From Balanoglossus misakiensis (Eukaryota; Animalia; Hemichordata), in NCBI GenBank assembly GCA_040954595.2, contig CM082590.2, forward strand, positions 6,696,001 to 6,760,000: DNA of 64,000 bases, written 5' to 3'. Made by a program: the position numbers and the translations under genes. Positions 63,640-64,000 of this stretch are shown here, in pieces; positions within the stretch are counted from its first letter, which is position 1, and the number at the start of each line of letters is the position of its first letter. The notes below the pieces were generated by a model that was not told where the DNA came from, did no database searches, and was given only the letters and a program-made list of their open reading frames with translations.

Positions 63640-63753
63640 CAAGTCTTCGTTCTCCAGAACCTCTTTCAATGCGACAGGGCTGACTTCGCTGTTTGCGTCA
63701 TATCCGGTCAGATAACAGACGCTGTTTTCGTCATCCACAAGTGCATCTAATTT
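63640..63753 (-). CDS. BRICHOS-domain gene exon (KLDALVDDENSVCYL...ENEDL)
   Basis: cag/gtaag bounded; D....CY first-cysteine motif of BRICHOS. Confidence 0.75.
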
Positions 63754-63975
63754 CTGTGGAAAAAAAGGAGCTGTCGTTTGAAAATATATAGGCACGCATC
63801 ATGTAGTTTGTTCGATGTCAGCAATAGTTTTAGTTCACACAACGTCGTAAACTTCGTGCCTTTTTACGGCAATACGTCCAATGTTTCTTGGGTGGCACAG
63901 GGCCGTGAACGAGCTCGAACGTTGTCATCCCTCTCGAGGAGAAAACCACCTTCCGTCAGAGAGAAATTCGCCCAC

Positions 63976-64000
63976 CTTGTTGACATCCCGAACGGTGTAC
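63976..64000 (-). CDS. BRICHOS-domain gene, partial exon (…YTVRDVNK)
   Basis: Ends AAG|gtggg; phase 0 joins KLDALVD, giving a D..K.L.A..D pattern like the start of a BRICHOS domain. Confidence 0.5.

Overview
Animal (marine-invertebrate-like) genomic DNA with AT-rich, repeat-filled introns. It holds three spliced genes: a histidine decarboxylase on the minus strand (exons 1-6; start at 29423, runs off the left edge), a complete 10-exon SELENBP1/methanethiol oxidase on the plus strand (37525-60585), and the 3' end of a BRICHOS-domain gene on the minus strand (62513 to >64000). The main discovery is in SELENBP1 intron 2. A partly decayed U5 snRNA gene cluster there has been invaded by a full-length, intact Tx1-clade non-LTR retrotransposon (47008-52482), inserted into the invariant loop 1 of U5 with an 11-bp TSD. 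A second, diverged copy sits at the identical U5 nucleotide. A third sits at a non-U5 site matching the loop-1 motif at 14/15 nt. Together these point to a U5-loop-1-specific retrotransposon, whose ORF1 also ends in two C2H2-like fingers. Other notable points are a C-terminal PTS1 (AKL) on SELENBP1, a GC-AG intron, a Trp-rich four-Cys peptide behind the BRICHOS domain, a 5'-truncated LINE with a 17-bp TSD, and many TTAA- and TA-flanked MITEs. All calls were made by eye, with no database searches.
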